From NCBI RefSeq assembly GCF_000143415.4, contig NW_003314392.1, positions 282,390 to 346,389 on the forward strand: DNA of 64,000 bases, given 5' to 3'. Under the pieces are notes generated by a model. It ran no database searches. It was not told the DNA's origin and was given only the letters and a program-made list of their open reading frames with translations. Both the position numbers and the translations under genes were made by a program. Of this stretch, positions 1 through 13,500 are shown in pieces. This DNA is from Selaginella moellendorffii (lineage: Eukaryota > Plantae > Lycopodiophyta). How positions within the stretch are numbered: the first letter of the stretch is position 1; every line of letters starts with the position of its first letter.

Positions 1-2274
1 GCGCTTTTTGGGTAAGGTGCAGTATCTCGGTCGTTTTGTGGATCATCTTTCCGATCGCACTACACCATTGCGAGCGTTGCTGAAGTCATCAACGTCATCT
101 TTCATCTGGTCTCCTGATTGTGAGCGGGCATTCGTGAATCTCAAAGAGCTATTGACGACTCCTCCGGTTTTGGCATATCCTGACTACACTCGACCTTTTA
201 TTTTGCGCGTGGATGCTTCTGACATTGGTCTTGGAGGTGTGTTGATGCAAGAGAGCTCGAGTGTGCCTGGTCAGCGCCATCCCATTGCATACATAAGCCG
301 TACATTACAACAAGTGGAGATGAACTACTCCACGACGGAGAAGGAGTGTTTAGCAGCAGTCTGGGGTTTCGAGAAACTTCATGCATATCTATATGGTTCT
401 TGGACGTTACTTGAAGGTGACCATGCTGCTGTTACTTCATTATTGAAACGGAAGAACCTGGTTGGTCGTACGGCTCGATGGGCTTTGAAGCTTCAGATAT
501 ATGATTTCGATGTTGTTCATTGCCCAGGGAGTTCAATGGCTAATGCTGATGCCCTTTCTCGAGCTCCTCTTCCTTCTCCACTCCATTCTCATGTTTATGA
601 CGAACCTGTTGTTCCAGCATCTGTGGATTTTCTAGATGAGGATTCTGTGCCGTCGGCGGTTGCTGTCCTTGACGTTCAGTGTCCACAGGGCGTAGAGCAA
701 GATCTACCTTCTCTGGATGAGGTTCGCGAGGCTCAAAAGATTGAGCCGTGGATTCGAAGGCTTCGAGATGGGTTTGAGAATCCTGCATCACTTGCTGATG
801 ACTTGCCTTTTCGGCATTTACATTCTCAATATCGCCTTGAAGATGGCCTTCTTTATTTTGTGGGGACGGATCCTGATGATCATTTACGGCTAGTGGTGCC
901 TTCGGTGTTTATTCCGCGGTTTCTCCATGCCTACCATGATTCTCCTATTCTAGGTGGGCATATGGGACACCGTCGTGTCACCGAGAAGCTGCGCAGATCT
1001 TTCTATTGGCCAGAGATGCGACGTGATATTATCCGGTATGTGCGTAGCTGCGTTTGGTGTCAAGCTCGTAATACTCCCCCTTGTGCTGCGGAAGGATGGT
1101 TGGAGTCAATTGCAGTTTCTCGTCCGTTTGAGTTGGTGGCGTTTGATCTTATGGGACCTTTTCCGCGATCAACTGCTGGCAATGAGTATGTTATTATTGC
1201 TTCTGACTACTTGACTCGTTGGGTGGAAGTTGGTGCTCTTGCTAGTGCCTCTGCAATTGCTGTTGGATACTTCCTCCTCAATCGAGTGGTGTTCCAGCAT
1301 TCTTGTCCAGAGCGGATTCTTTCGGATAATGGTCCTGCATTTATGGCTGAGGTATTTCATGTTTTGACATCTCGGTTGGGGATACGCCACACTTTTACGA
1401 GTGCTTATCATCCACAATCAGACGATCTGGTGGAACGGCTCGTTCGGACATTCAAAGGGATGATTGCGAAGTATGTGAACTTTCAACATTCGGATTGGGA
1501 TGGTTATTTGCCGTCTCTTCAGTATGCTTATGTCACAGGGGTGCAGAGTTCTATTGGTGCTTCACCATATAAACTTCTATATGGTCATGATCCAATATTA
1601 CCAACAGAGCTGGGTTTACCTTTGCGATTGCCACGAGCTCCTGATGCTAGGTCATGGGATCAATATTTGACAAGCATTCTTCCACTTGTCCGAGCAGAGT
1701 CTGTTGAACACTTAAGCCGCGTACAAGTGGGACAACAACGGCACTACAATTCCCATCATCGTCCACCTGCGGAGTACAAAGTGGATGATTTGATGTTAGT
1801 CCGTTTTCCCCATCTTACGGTACGTGGTTTATCTAAGGGGCTCCTTGCGCAGTGGAAAGGACCGTATCGGGTGTTGCGGCAAGTTGGACCACAAGTTTAT
1901 GAGGTTCGGCATAACATTCAGCAGGCCGATCCTCCGGAGATTGTGCATGTGTAGCAGTTAAAACGCTTCATACAAAGGGATCAGGAGCAGTTAATACTGT
2001 CTACAGATCCACCGATGCCTCCTCCTGACGTTCCTCCAGATCCCGGCCCATCTACAAGAGAACTTTGACGGCCTTCCATTATTCAGAGAGGAGGGGATGA
2101 TGTGAGGGCCAAGTGTACGGCTACGATGCCGTATACTAATATTAGCGTAGTGGATTTTGGTAGTCGTCGGATTGGTTTCAATCCGGACCACTCGCTCCTG
2201 TATATAAGCTAGGGTTTTTGGGCTAATTGAGATGCACATTTCTGTATTCCCTTTCCATATTCCATGCACTCACA
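1..2274 (+). mobile_element. Ty3/Gypsy LTR retrotransposon, 3' part (RT end, RNase H, integrase, PPT, 3' LTR)
   Basis: ORF 8-1954 has RNase H (VDASDIGLGGVL, NYSTTEKECLA), HHCC (GGHMGH...CVWC), DDE (FDLMG, SDNG, LVER) and GPY motifs in Gypsy order. The TAG at 1952 splits the conserved HV-x-QLKRF motif and is probably a nonsense change. Confidence 0.93.
2101..2274 (+). repeat. 3' LTR of the Gypsy element (174 bp)
   Basis: Follows the purine tract AGAGAGGAGGGGA (about 2085-2097); starts TGTGAG and ends CTCACA (6-bp inverted termini); TATATAA at 2201. Confidence 0.75.
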
Positions 2275-2341
2275 CATCCATTTAAACCTTAATTAATATA
2301 CTTATTCCCATGCCAGTCTTTTAAGATGGGACTGGCACTTT

Positions 2342-3325
2342 ATGATTTACAGTTATATCCACAACGAGTATATAAAGAAGGCTAAGCTCCTTTTTACTCC
2401 AATGTCATACAGGGGCATTGTCTCCTGGACTGCTATGCTAGCTGCGTATGCCAAGAGAAAGGAAGCCAAGGAGGTCTTTGACATGATGCCCCTGAGAAAT
2501 CTCTTCCCCTGGACGTTGATGCTGGTTGCACATTTGCTTGACACAAAACTTATGTTTCTTGAGTCCCCTGAGACCGACATGGTATCTTGGACGGTTGTTT
2601 TCGAAGAGATGCCCAAACACGACATTGTTGCCTGGAACGCTACCTGTGCCCAAAACGGGTTTATGGAACTGGCTCTAGCAACTTTCTCCAGAATGCCCGA
2701 GAGGAGTTTGACCTCGTGCAACACAATATTAGCAGAAGGACCACGGCTACATTCGTCTGACCACTCTTCAACGAAATGCCAGAAACTAACCTTATCTCCT
2801 GGACTTCTTTGCTAGCAGCTCACGCTCGAAACGGCCATCTGAAGTTATCAAAGTGTACCTTTGACTCCATGCCCGAGTGGAGCACTGTGACCTGGAACGC
2901 ACTTCTTTCGGTTTACAGCCGTGGAGATTCGACAGAGCAGACCGACAGCTTGTTTCACAGAAAACCAGAACCTGGCATCATACGCTCGAAACAGCCACGT
3001 TTCTGAAGTGATCGACGTCTTCCACCAAATGCCGGCTCGAAACATTATTTCATGGACTACGGCTTTAGGTGCCTTGATCCAAGACGGGAACCTGGAACTT
3101 GCTTCGAGGATGCTAAACCAAATGCCCGAGACCGATCTCATCTCCGTCAGCCAGCTTCTCTCCACTTATGCTGTAAACGGACATATGCTTGAGGCATTTC
3201 AGGTGTTCTTCGCAGCAAACCTAGCCAGGTCGGGCTACTTGGACGATGCCAGAGAGCTCATCCACACAATGCCATTTTTTCCCGGAACTTTGGAGTGGAC
3301 GTGCTTGCACTCCGTCCGTGCGTGA
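2342..3325 (+). pseudogene. PLS-class PPR pseudogene fragment
   Basis: MPxxxxxSW-type repeats spread over three frames; E-domain remnant MPFFPGTLEWTCL. Confidence 0.85.
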
Positions 3326-3339
3326 TCAATCTTATTGCT

Positions 3340-3630
3340 AGTTTGCGAGAGAATTTTCCATGTTATATTATCAGCTTCGACAGGCATCTCTTCCATCATG
3401 ATCATGGCCTCGTCAAGCTCATCCGCCCTGGCAAGAAGATCAATGACACAATGGTAATGAGCCGTGCTTGGCAGGACTTCATACCAGGAAGACATAAGCC
3501 GGAACCTAAGCTTCCCCTCCTTGACGAGGCCGCAGTGGTTGCACACAGCGAGAATGGACAAGAAGGTTGCACTGTCTGGCTTCAAGCCTGCATCTAACAG
3601 TTGATAAAACTCTTCAAACACGACGATCAA
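3340..3630 (-). pseudogene. PPR L2-S2-E fragment
   Basis: PDSATFLSILAVCNHCGLVKEG...HYHCVIDLLARA...MPVEADNITW, with no upstream gene body. Confidence 0.8.
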
Positions 3631-3689
3631 GGTGAGATTGCTCTGGAGCTGTTTGAGTCTCTCAGAGTCTGGCTCTCACGTTTCCTCAT

Positions 3690-4235
3690 GTGCAGCATCG
3701 AACTCTTGGACTTTCATTGCAACACTGAAAGCTTGCTCTAACCTTGCGAGAAAGGAAGATGGATGTGAGCTCGGCAATAGAGGAAAACTTGTCAAGATGA
3801 TGGCACTGCACGCAAGGGGGCAGATGTTAATGTTGCAAACTGCGTGGTTGACATGTATTCCAAGTGTGGTAGCTTGGTGGACGCACGCACTGACATTCAA
3901 GAGCGTCTCCAGGACTATGTTTCATGGAACACTATGCTTCTTGGGTATGTTGAAAGAGTTATACCAGGAGATGGTGTCTGGTGATCGGCGATGCAGGCCA
4001 GATCTTTGGACGTGCTCCTGTGCACTCAAGGCCTGTGTGATCCTTCTTCGTTGCAACTTGGAAAAACGATCCACCGCGAGATTCACAGGCATGCTCACTT
4101 GTTTGCTCGATCTCTATGGCAAATGTGGCAACATGGCTGCCGCTCAGCATGTTTTCGACTCCACGTCCTTGAAGAAGAACTTGGTAAGCTGGAATGCTCT
4201 ACTGGAACGATATAGTCAGGAGGGAGACTCCACTC
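3690..4235 (+). pseudogene. PLS PPR fragment, frameshifted
   Basis: TFIATLKACS and LLDLYGKCGNMAAAQHVFD...NLVSWNALL, with frameshifts. Confidence 0.8.
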
Positions 4236-4806
4236 TCGTCAGCATATCCCAGCATCAGCGTGTTCCATGAAACCACGTCCATCTCTTCGAAGGCTCGCCT
4301 TGCGTCTTGCATGCTCCCACACTTGGAGTACATGTCGATGAGGCTGCTTCCAACGTAAAAATCCCTCGAGATGAGGCTTTGCATTCGAGATCGAGCATGA
4401 ATCGCCATTCCTCTCTCCAAGCTTGTCATCTTCCAGGGATTTGCTCCTTCCGCAGCAAGGCTCGTGACGGGTGACGAAAGTGCGACCATTCGCCATGCAC
4501 TCCACTTCCATGGCAAGGAAAAGCTCTTTCGGAAAAATGCCCGCTCACAGCATAAGCTCGAATGAGCGCATTCCATGCAATGGCGTCGCGGTGCTTCATC
4601 TTGTGGAACACTTTGCTGGCGTCCACGAGACTGCCACACCTGGAGTAGACCGTGACAAGGTTGCTAGCAACGTAGAGATCGTCTTCCAAACCACTAGCAT
4701 GGATTCTCCTTGCCTCGTCTATATCTGTGCACGAAAGGACGAGCACGATATATCTCACACTTGCATTGCTCGAGTGATGGAATGAAGCCACCGGCCATGG
4801 CTGCAT
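4236..4806 (-). pseudogene. PLS PPR fragment, frameshifted
   Basis: LVTVYSRCGSLVDASKVFHKM and LIDMYSKCGSMQDARRAF lie in different frames. Confidence 0.8.
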
Positions 4807-4957
4807 TGCAGGAAGAGCTATGGAGAGCTCGAAAACTGGAACTATATTTCATGCGAAAAGGGAGCCCATCAACATTATATGGAGGGAAAAAAAGAAGCTC
4901 GAGCGAAAAAAGAACGAAGAACAAGCAGAGGAAGAAGAAAAGAGAGAGTATAGAGCG

Positions 4958-7900
4958 TCACCTTCGATTGCAGCTGCCACTCTTGTGGTTTCCAAGCCGA
5001 CGCTTGTACCGCTTCAACACCGATGCAAGGTTCTCCTTCCCTTTCGGAAAGGCGACGTCTCCAGCAGCAGTCCCTGTTCTTCCCTTCCTCGCTCCGACGG
5101 CCGTCTCCACCTCCTTGATCATGTCCAGGTAGAGGTTGCCGCTCGCGGCCTTTCCACTGGGATTGCTTGTGTTCCGCCCCCACGGCCAGGGGAATGGATA
5201 CGACGACCAGCCAGCCGCATCGTTGCGCCTGCCAACGAGTTGATACCCCTGCAGGCATATGCACGGTGGCAGCACGGTTCTCGGACTTAGAAACGCAGGA
5301 TCCAGAATTCCCTGTAAGCACCAAGAGCGATGGATGAATGAGAAACGAAGAACTGGAAAATAAGAAAGCAAGGAGTACCTGGAGACGATTGAGTACGTAA
5401 GTGTACTTCCCCCACAGCTCGGGCCTGCTCTCCATGAGTGCCAGCTCCAGCACACGATGCACACACCACACTCCGAAGCTGACGAGGAGGCCGCTTCCCC
5501 AGACGCAGGAGTCGCCACAGTGCGGCACCCCGGGCACCACCACCTTGTTGACGCTCCAGATGGACGTCCCGTTGCTATATACACTGGCGGCCTCCCCAGG
5601 CTCCGACAAGTCGAGCAGGGACTTTTCTCGAGCAGCGACACCGGCAATGACATCTTCGTCGCAGCCATTGTCGATCTGGAACAGCCACTCGGATCCTTCC
5701 TGCTGTAGCAGTTTCCTCACGCACAGGCGCAGCTGCTCCAAAGTGTCAAGCCCGAACTCAACCCCGGTGGAGAGTCGGAATGCCTTGGTGTTGTTGTTTG
5801 CGTTGTTCGTCGTAGCCACGGACTTCTGCTCGCCGGGAGCTCCAAAGAGGTGCTCGACTGGTCTCGACCACAGTGACTCGGTCTGTTGCGCAGCAGCCTG
5901 TATCGAGAAGCCGTCTCTGTGTGTTTGCGATGGAGAGATGTCGTCGAAGGACAAGGTTGTTCTCTCCGAGTTCTCCGATCTCCCAATGGGATGCGAGAGC
6001 AGGGACTTGTCCAGCTCCCCGGTAGCCCTGTATACGAGTGGATTCCACTTGTCTACCGAGTTGTTCGAGAAGGAGCTCCACTGCTCGTAGTCCGTGGACC
6101 TTGGTAGCCAGGACGACGTATCATCAACGCCTCGTTGACCACCTTTGGAAGCCGAGAACATGTCTTGCGTTGGCTGAAAGACACGAGTCATGGTGTCGGA
6201 CTGATCAAAGTTTGACTTGGCGTAATAAGAAGCGGGGACTTGGGAAAGGCAGCCACCTGTACGCGAAGCCACGTCCAAATGCAGGGACGAGCGTGCTCGA
6301 GCGCTTGACTGCTGCTCCACGCTGCCTGGCCTAGTGTAGGAAGCGATGTTGTACCCGTGAATTGTCGCTGGTTGGCAGTCCAGATCTTCGTGAGCTGCAA
6401 AGCTTCGCAAACTCGAGTACCGCTGGTCGCCACCTGAGTAGCCACTTTTGTAGTCGAAGCACCACCTGTTGCTCGGGCTCTGGGACGACGTAGAAGCGGC
6501 CAAGTTGGAGTGCACCCGTCCAAAGGGATCCACGGAGCCGGAAAAGCAACTCTTGTAGTCCCGCTTGGCAGCTTGTCGCGGAGAGACGAATGGACCATTG
6601 TCGGAGTGCGTCGTCCGGCTGTTCTGAGAGACGCTTGGTTTGATCACCGAGTCGGACCTGACGGGTTGGCCGTGTAAGTCGAACAGTCGTCCCCAAAACT
6701 CATCCAGAGTAGCAGCAAATTGTCTTCGTGATGCACGGCCCAGTCCAGACAACCTCGAGAGGCTTCCGCTTTCGCTTCCATGCGAGCATCCGTCGCTCGA
6801 CTCCTTCCTGGTACTTATTACTGATTCAATCCCTTCGTAAGTTAAGCTCAGAGCTGAGCTCATAACCGCGCAGTCCTGCTCGAGATTCTCCCAGCTTTCG
6901 GCTTCTTCATCGTCCTTCTCCAGGGAAATAGCGTCCTTGTCTAGTCCGCCAATTTCAGAGGAGGCTACTGCACTTGTTTCGCCGCTACTGTATGGAACGT
7001 TGTCGTTAGTTGGAACAGAAGTTGGCTCGGGCTCGATATGATGGTCGATATGATGGTGATCAACACGCGAGGACGGGCATTCTTCAGTACCAACATCGGA
7101 GCTGTTGGAAGTTGCGGTAATGCTGGCTTCCTCTTCACCTGTATCTTCACGTACACTGTCGCTGAGATGGCTGGCGTCAACTTTACTTTGCTGTAACACT
7201 GGCAGGCACTCATCGGCTTCAGACTCCACCACAGTCACAGTCCCGACCTCACTCTCCGATATCAGCTCGGCTCTTTCAGTGTTGATGATGTCCTCGACGG
7301 TTCCTACATCACTACTCCTGGAACTGTTGCCATCCAAAGGAATGTAATACACTAGATCCTTCTCCTTGTCCATGAGCTGACCATCTTTCTCTTCAACAGC
7401 GAAAGCCGGAGTGTCGGACCTGATCGGAGCAAAGATGAGCCAGACTAGAAAGCCGACCGCAGCAGTCACCACCGTGAGAGCGACTGGCACGGTCAGAGAG
7501 TTGGAATCAGAACCAGCCACAAACTCCCAGTTTGTAGACCCCCCGAACTCCTCGCTCTGGCTAAAGAGCGTACTAAACACCAAGCAGAGGTTGAGTGATA
7601 TCACGAAAGCCAATACTGACCACGCGAGCACTTCCCAAAGTGAAGAGATCTTGTTCTTCCCCATGTAAGCCGCAGACGACGTTAGCCGAATGAGAGGAAC
7701 CAGTGTGAAAGGAAGCTGAAGAGCGAGTATAACCTGAGATAAGACGAGCAGCTGGTAAATCCCCTCGTTGCCATACGACCAGGCGCAAAAAACTGCGATG
7801 GTCACTGCTGCCGCTCGCATCACAAGCCGGTGACGCCATGCGTCGATACGTTTCCCGAGAAGTCCCTCACTAGCAACCTGGCTGACCAACGTCCCTGTTA

Positions 7901-9179
7901 GTGTCGAGAAAACTCCAGCAGCAAGCAGAGCTGAGCCGAAAGCCAGAGGCGCCACCGACCGGCTCAGAGCCTGGAAGTAAAAAGATACAAGAGAAAGTAA
8001 GAAAGGTGTCACAAGAGCATCTGTCATAGCATGCATACCTGTTCCATAACAACGCAGCCGTCCTGAAGCGTAAGGACGGCAAAGCCCGCACTGTGGAAAG
8101 TTGATGCCGCTACTACCATAACAGCCAAATTGATAGCGGCAGGCATTCCGGCAGTCAGTATAAAGTCAAGGATAGTGGGAGCACAGCAAATCCGGTCGGG
8201 CTTTCGCTGCTCCTGCGACAAGACAAGGGAATAACATGAGCAAGCTTAGATACTCCTTTCTTCATTCTCTCTCTCTCTCTTTTCTCTGTTTTCACTCGAG
8301 AGCGTACCTGGCCCAGTGCGGAGTTAAGATAAAGATTGTGGGGCATGATATTAGCTCCCAGGAGACCAACGACAGCGTAAAGGCTGTCACTTTTAAGCCT
8401 GGGCCACAGCCCTCCCAGGATGGGCACCACTGGAGGCCTGCTCACAAATGCATTCAGCACAAAAACGAGTACCATGGACAACACGATGACGCCGAGGATA
8501 ACTTCGGCCTTTCCGGGGCCCTGCGAAGAACCATAACGCGGCGTGTCAGCGCAAAAAAGTTTTGGAAGAGAAAAGATCTACGCACCAGAAAAGGCACAAA
8601 TCCCATCAGGAAAAACACGTCTAGAGCAACTAGCAGCGCCCCCACAAGCACGGGAAGCCCGAGCACCATATTAAGTCCCACTGCGCTACTGAGGACCTGG
8701 AAACAAGAAGATCCGAGCATTACTCGCTGTCTCGGAGCAAAGAAGTTCCAAACTTTACGTACCATGGCACTGTCGAGAACTACCAGCGACAGCTCTGACA
8801 AGAAGAGGAGTAGCAGACACACGCCGCTGGGATACTCATCGTGACAAGCCTTTGAGAAGACCAAGTTAGCGAAGCGCTCGATCGATCGAGAAAGAAAGTG
8901 AAAGACACAAAAAGAAGGAGAAATCTTTCTCGACTGAAAGAGCTTCCCAAGTACCTGAGCTAGATGCTTGCCGCTGACGAGATTGAGATGCGTGGCCAGC
9001 GAGCGGAGCAGCAGCGCGATGAGATTGGCGAGAAAGACGACCCAGACGAGCTCATAGCCGAAGCGCGAGCCTCCCTCGATGGAGGTGGCCCAATTCCCCG
9101 GGTCGATGGAGCCAATTGAGACGAGTAGCGCTGGCGCCAGCAAGGAAATGTAGCTGCCGCTGGGCACGCCAATCCTCAT
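4958..9179 (-). CDS. EIN2: Ethylene-insensitive 2 (NRAMP-like N-terminus plus CEND domain), multi-exon
   Basis: [18 protein letters not shown]; [11 protein letters not shown]; [25 protein letters not shown]; [17 protein letters not shown]|GILDPAF; [32 protein letters not shown]. Short GT-AG introns, e.g. 5314-5378. Confidence 0.96.
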
Positions 9180-9263
9180 AGCTGAGCGCTTGCCTGCTTA
9201 GCCCGCCGGAATCCAAATCGCGAGCTCCAGTCGCTGCTTCGCCATTGTCCTCCTCGGGATTCC

Positions 9264-9287
9264 GAAACCCTAGCTAAGAACCCTAAG
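9264..9287. promoter_or_regulatory. Telo-box elements in the ~190-bp divergent EIN2/MBD4L promoter
   Basis: AAACCCTAG and AACCCTAA lie between the two ATGs. Confidence 0.45.
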
Positions 9288-9366
9288 GGCTTTGGTGTCA
9301 TGCATGAATGGCGCGCCGCAGCGTGGAAATGTGGAGGCGCGCGTGATCGATCCAGGCGCGCTTGCG

Positions 9367-10518
9367 ATGGGGAAGAGGAGAAATGTAAGAAATCTCATCT
9401 CATCTGCGAAGAAATCTCTCATTCTTTCCTTTTCTCCTCGCAGAGCGATGAAGACTCCTCTTGGTCTTCTTCGTCCTCCTCTTCTTCGTCCTTGTGTGGA
9501 GCTTGCTCGAGTCGCCGGCTTCGGGCGATTGAGCTGCCGGCACCGCCGATCCACCGCGAGGAAGGGAAAGATCGTCCAGTTCCAGCACTAGATGCTCGAA
9601 AGTTCACGGAGATGCTAGCCCAGTTCGTGCACACGAGCAAGAGGCAGGATGATCCAGCTCCAAGGAAGGAGATGAGCATTCTGGAAAGGAAGATCCAGCA
9701 AGCCGAATTGCTGGGCAAGGCCACTTCTCGCTCCTCCAAGAAGATGCGACGCACCTGGAACAAGGAGGAGCAGTGCTACTACATCACCACTCCATACTTC
9801 CCCAAGCCCGACTTCAGCAAGAAAGCCAGGAAGAACAAGAGGCCTTCTTCGCCATGGATTGCTCACGAGGGGAAGAGCCACCGAGAGATCATCGCGTCTA
9901 TCCAGCAAACGTCTTGGCGAGTCGCGGATAAGTTCCGGGTGGAAGAGAAGAAGGCCGAGTTTGAAAAGAGGAAGCGTCGGCTACGCAAGAATCTGTCGCT
10001 GCTGGAGTGCCCAAGGACGAATTTTCCCCTCCCGGCTTGGATTCCTCCTCGCTCCCCTCACAAGCTCATCCAGGAGAAGCTCTTCCACGATCCTTGGAAA
10101 GTGGTCATGGCTTGCATCTTCCTCCATAGAACCACCGGAGCTCAGGTAAGTCTCTTATCTTCTCGCTAAAGTGCCAAGGCCTTCCACGCAGACCAAAAAA
10201 ATGCTGTGGGATTTCTTCAAGCTCTTTCCCGGTCCTCAACACTTGATCGATGCTCCAGCCGAGATGGTCGAGCCGCTCATCAAGCCGCTTGGCTTGCACA
10301 AGAAGCGTCTCGAGCTGATTAAGCGCTTCTCGCACGAGTATCTCTACACCGACTGGACGGACATCTCTCAGCTTCACGGTGTTGGAACGTACGCCGAGGA
10401 TGCTTATATGATCTTTGTGGAGGGCCGCTGGAAAGAGGTGATACCCGATGACGCGATGCTGGAGCAGTACTGGAACTGGCTTCACGTAAATAGCGAAGAA
10501 AAAACTGGTCTTTGCTGA
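9367..10518 (+). CDS. MBD4L: MBD4-like DNA glycosylase (HhH-GPD), no MBD domain
   Basis: [36 protein letters not shown] and [15 protein letters not shown]...YWNWL. Predicted introns 9385-9443 and 10146-10191; alternative start at 9300. Confidence 0.9.
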
Positions 10519-10589
10519 TAGCTCTCCATCTATACTTTTCTGCGGGACGTATGCCGACCACATCTGTAAAATAAAAAACGATTTTTAAG

Positions 10590-13500
10590 TTATACTGTCT
10601 CGGCAAAACTGTGAATATCAATCCTACCTGGACGACTTACAACAGTAGCAGCATCGCTTTTCGACACAGATCTTGGAAGCGTTGTTTTTGTTGCAGCCCA
10701 CGCACTTGACATGGCACTGGGGATTCCATTTCTTCTCCCAGTCAGGCCTCTGCTTGTACAACGGCGTAGATCTGGGGCCTGTCCATACAGAAGAGTTACA
10801 AAGGCCGTAATGCGTTTGACAAGGAACGTACCATCAACTGGCTTGTTGGATAAAGCTTGTTTGTATTGAGATGACCATGTCAAAGAAGAAAGCTTCAGTA
10901 CAGCACAGAAAGGCATACCTTTCTTTTTGCGAGGCTTCGGAGCTGGTACTGGTGCTTCGAACGAGTTGTCAACTGAGACACAAAAACATTCTCGTCTTTA
11001 CAGAACAAATAAAAAGAAACACAAACCTTTGTGGCCGGCGGTATAGGTGTTTCGTTCCTCGCCTGTGCGAATACAAAGTCAGAAGGAAACAATGCAAAAC
11101 GTTGACGTACTTTCGCCCTTTCGGTTCAGCTTCTTCGTTTTGCCTAAAGAAAGCGAGTGAGACCCAACACACAAAGAACAACCAAATCTGAGATTAAAAC
11201 CTTTGTGCCGCGCGTGCTCCTGCTCGCCTGCGTGCATGCAAAATAGATCAGAAGAAAATCTACGAAGTTACAAAACGACATACTCTTGGCATCTTGGTCC
11301 CGTCTTTTGCTTTTGCTTCCATGTGTTTCTTGGTTCGATTGAGCTGGTGCCACAACACGCACGCAAGTTAGCTTGATGGGAAAATATTCAGCACGTACTT
11401 TCAAATGACTGATTTCTCCTTCTGCCTTTAATTTCGACACCCGGTTCACTGTCAGTAAAGTTGATAACGCGGCCAGTGTACATATGGCTGTGATCTGCTT
11501 CAAAGACGAATAACATGAGCGCTACCAAGAACGCTGAACTCATAACTTACTTATGGGTTCTTTGGACAGCTTTTTCCTTTTGCCCGACTGTCGGGGACCT
11601 TCAGCTGCATCGACTATAATAAATTAGTTTCAAGTTCGACTATAAAATGTTCAAGTTCCACCTTCTTGATTTCTGCCTACAACCTCAAAGTTTTGGACGA
11701 CTCGTTCGCTATCGCCAAAGTGGAGGATACGGCCACTGTACATCTCCCTCCCACCTGTCATAAGAACAAGAAAGCTCAATGCGGGTCCAGCAAAAACATA
11801 TGGCTTACTCTCGTTGTTCCGCTTTCTCCTTTTGCCTTCTAGCGGTGAATGTCGGGGACCTTCAGCTGCTTTTCCACGGGTAAGTTAATTAAAGATTGAC
11901 AACAGAAATTTCAGGCTTCACGTACATTCCGCCTTTTTCTTTCTTTTCCTGCGTTCAGCTCCAATGTTCCGATCGATTGGTTCGGTGTACATCTCGCTCC
12001 CATCTGCCACAAGAACGACCAAACTCAATAGTAAGAAACTCACATGAAGATATCACTTACAATTTAATTCTTTGTCGCGCTTCCTTTTTCTGCCTTCAGA
12101 GCAGACTTCACGGGGAGTTTCAGCTGCTTCCATGCGATCAGTTAGTTGGGGATCAACAGTATAACTAACGCTCTACGTACATTTGGCTCCTTCACCTTCA
12201 AGGTTCAGCACGACCGGTTCATTGTCGTCGAAGTTGAGTATGCGGCCGGTGTACATCTCGTTTCCTACTATTGCAAAAGAACGATCAGAAGCATGTCTAA
12301 TGAAAGACGTACCTCTAGCCCGCATTGTCTTTTTGTCTTCATTAGAAACCATGTGTAGTTGAGCTTCACCTGTGCACAAGTTAGCCGGAGCTGAAAACAT
12401 TCCAACTACACATACTTTCAGGAAGATTTCTCTTTCTGCCTTCAGCTTTAAGATTTTGATCAACCGGTTCATTGTCGTCGAAGTTGAGAACCCGACCGGT
12501 GTACATCTCGTTTCCATCTATTATTGCAAGAACGATAAGGACTATGTCTAACTAAATGCAAGACGTACCTCTAGCCCGCATTGTCTTTTCGTCTTCAATA
12601 GAAACCATGTGTAGTTCCGACCGAGCTTCACCTGAGCACAAATTAGCCGGGGCTGAAAACATTCCAACTACACGTACTTTCAGGTAGAATTCTCTTTCTG
12701 CCTTCAACTTTAAGATTTTTATCAACCGGTTCACTGTCGTCGAAGTTGAGAACCCGACCGGTGTACATCTCGTTTCCATCGTCAAGTCTTCTCCTTTTGC
12801 CATGTCCGCTAGCTGCAGCTACTTCCACAAATTAGTCGAAACTCAGAACCTTTTAAGAGACACGTACTTTCAGCGTCCTGATTCCTCCTCTCTTCGCCTT
12901 CGAGGTTCTGGACAGCCGCTCCGTCGTCGCCATAGCAGGGAACACAGGCGTCTACCAAAAAGGACCCCGATAAAATTTCAAAATCCAAGAAGTTTGATAC
13001 ACGTACTTCCAGCTTCTTGATCCAGCCTTCTCTTTTCCACGTCAGTCCTTCTTTCGGCTTCAAGGGGTTGGCGGTCGCCAGAGTCGAGGACAAGGCCAGG
13101 GTCACCGTCATCTGCCACAAGAAGTTAGTTTGGTCGAACTCCATAAAGAAAATAAGCACCTTCCAGTTCCTCGCCACTTGAAGGATACGCCGCAGTCAAA
13201 GGATCTGTTGCCAGTATGAGAAAACAACTGTATTATAGTAAAGCACACGCGTGAACCTGCATTAGTGCTCGCTCCTTCCCTTTGCGCTACGTGTGCTACT
13301 ATCGCTGTGGAAGGGCCTGCACCTGTAGTCCGTGAAATTGGTAGAACACCAAAAAACGGGAGGAATTGGAGAGAACAAATTACCATCACCCCTGGAATGT
13401 TGCTCGTCACGGGCAGTGGAGTTCTTGGCTTTGTTGCGGACTCGTTCTGCGTATAAATCGTGTTCAGGAGAATAATTGCGAGCACTACAGACCTGGTCTA

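Noticed and set aside
4875-8036. 1053-aa ORF taken as the complete protein
   Set aside because: It starts inside an intron and reads through intron 5314-5378; the true EIN2 C-terminus is in the frame ending at 4958.
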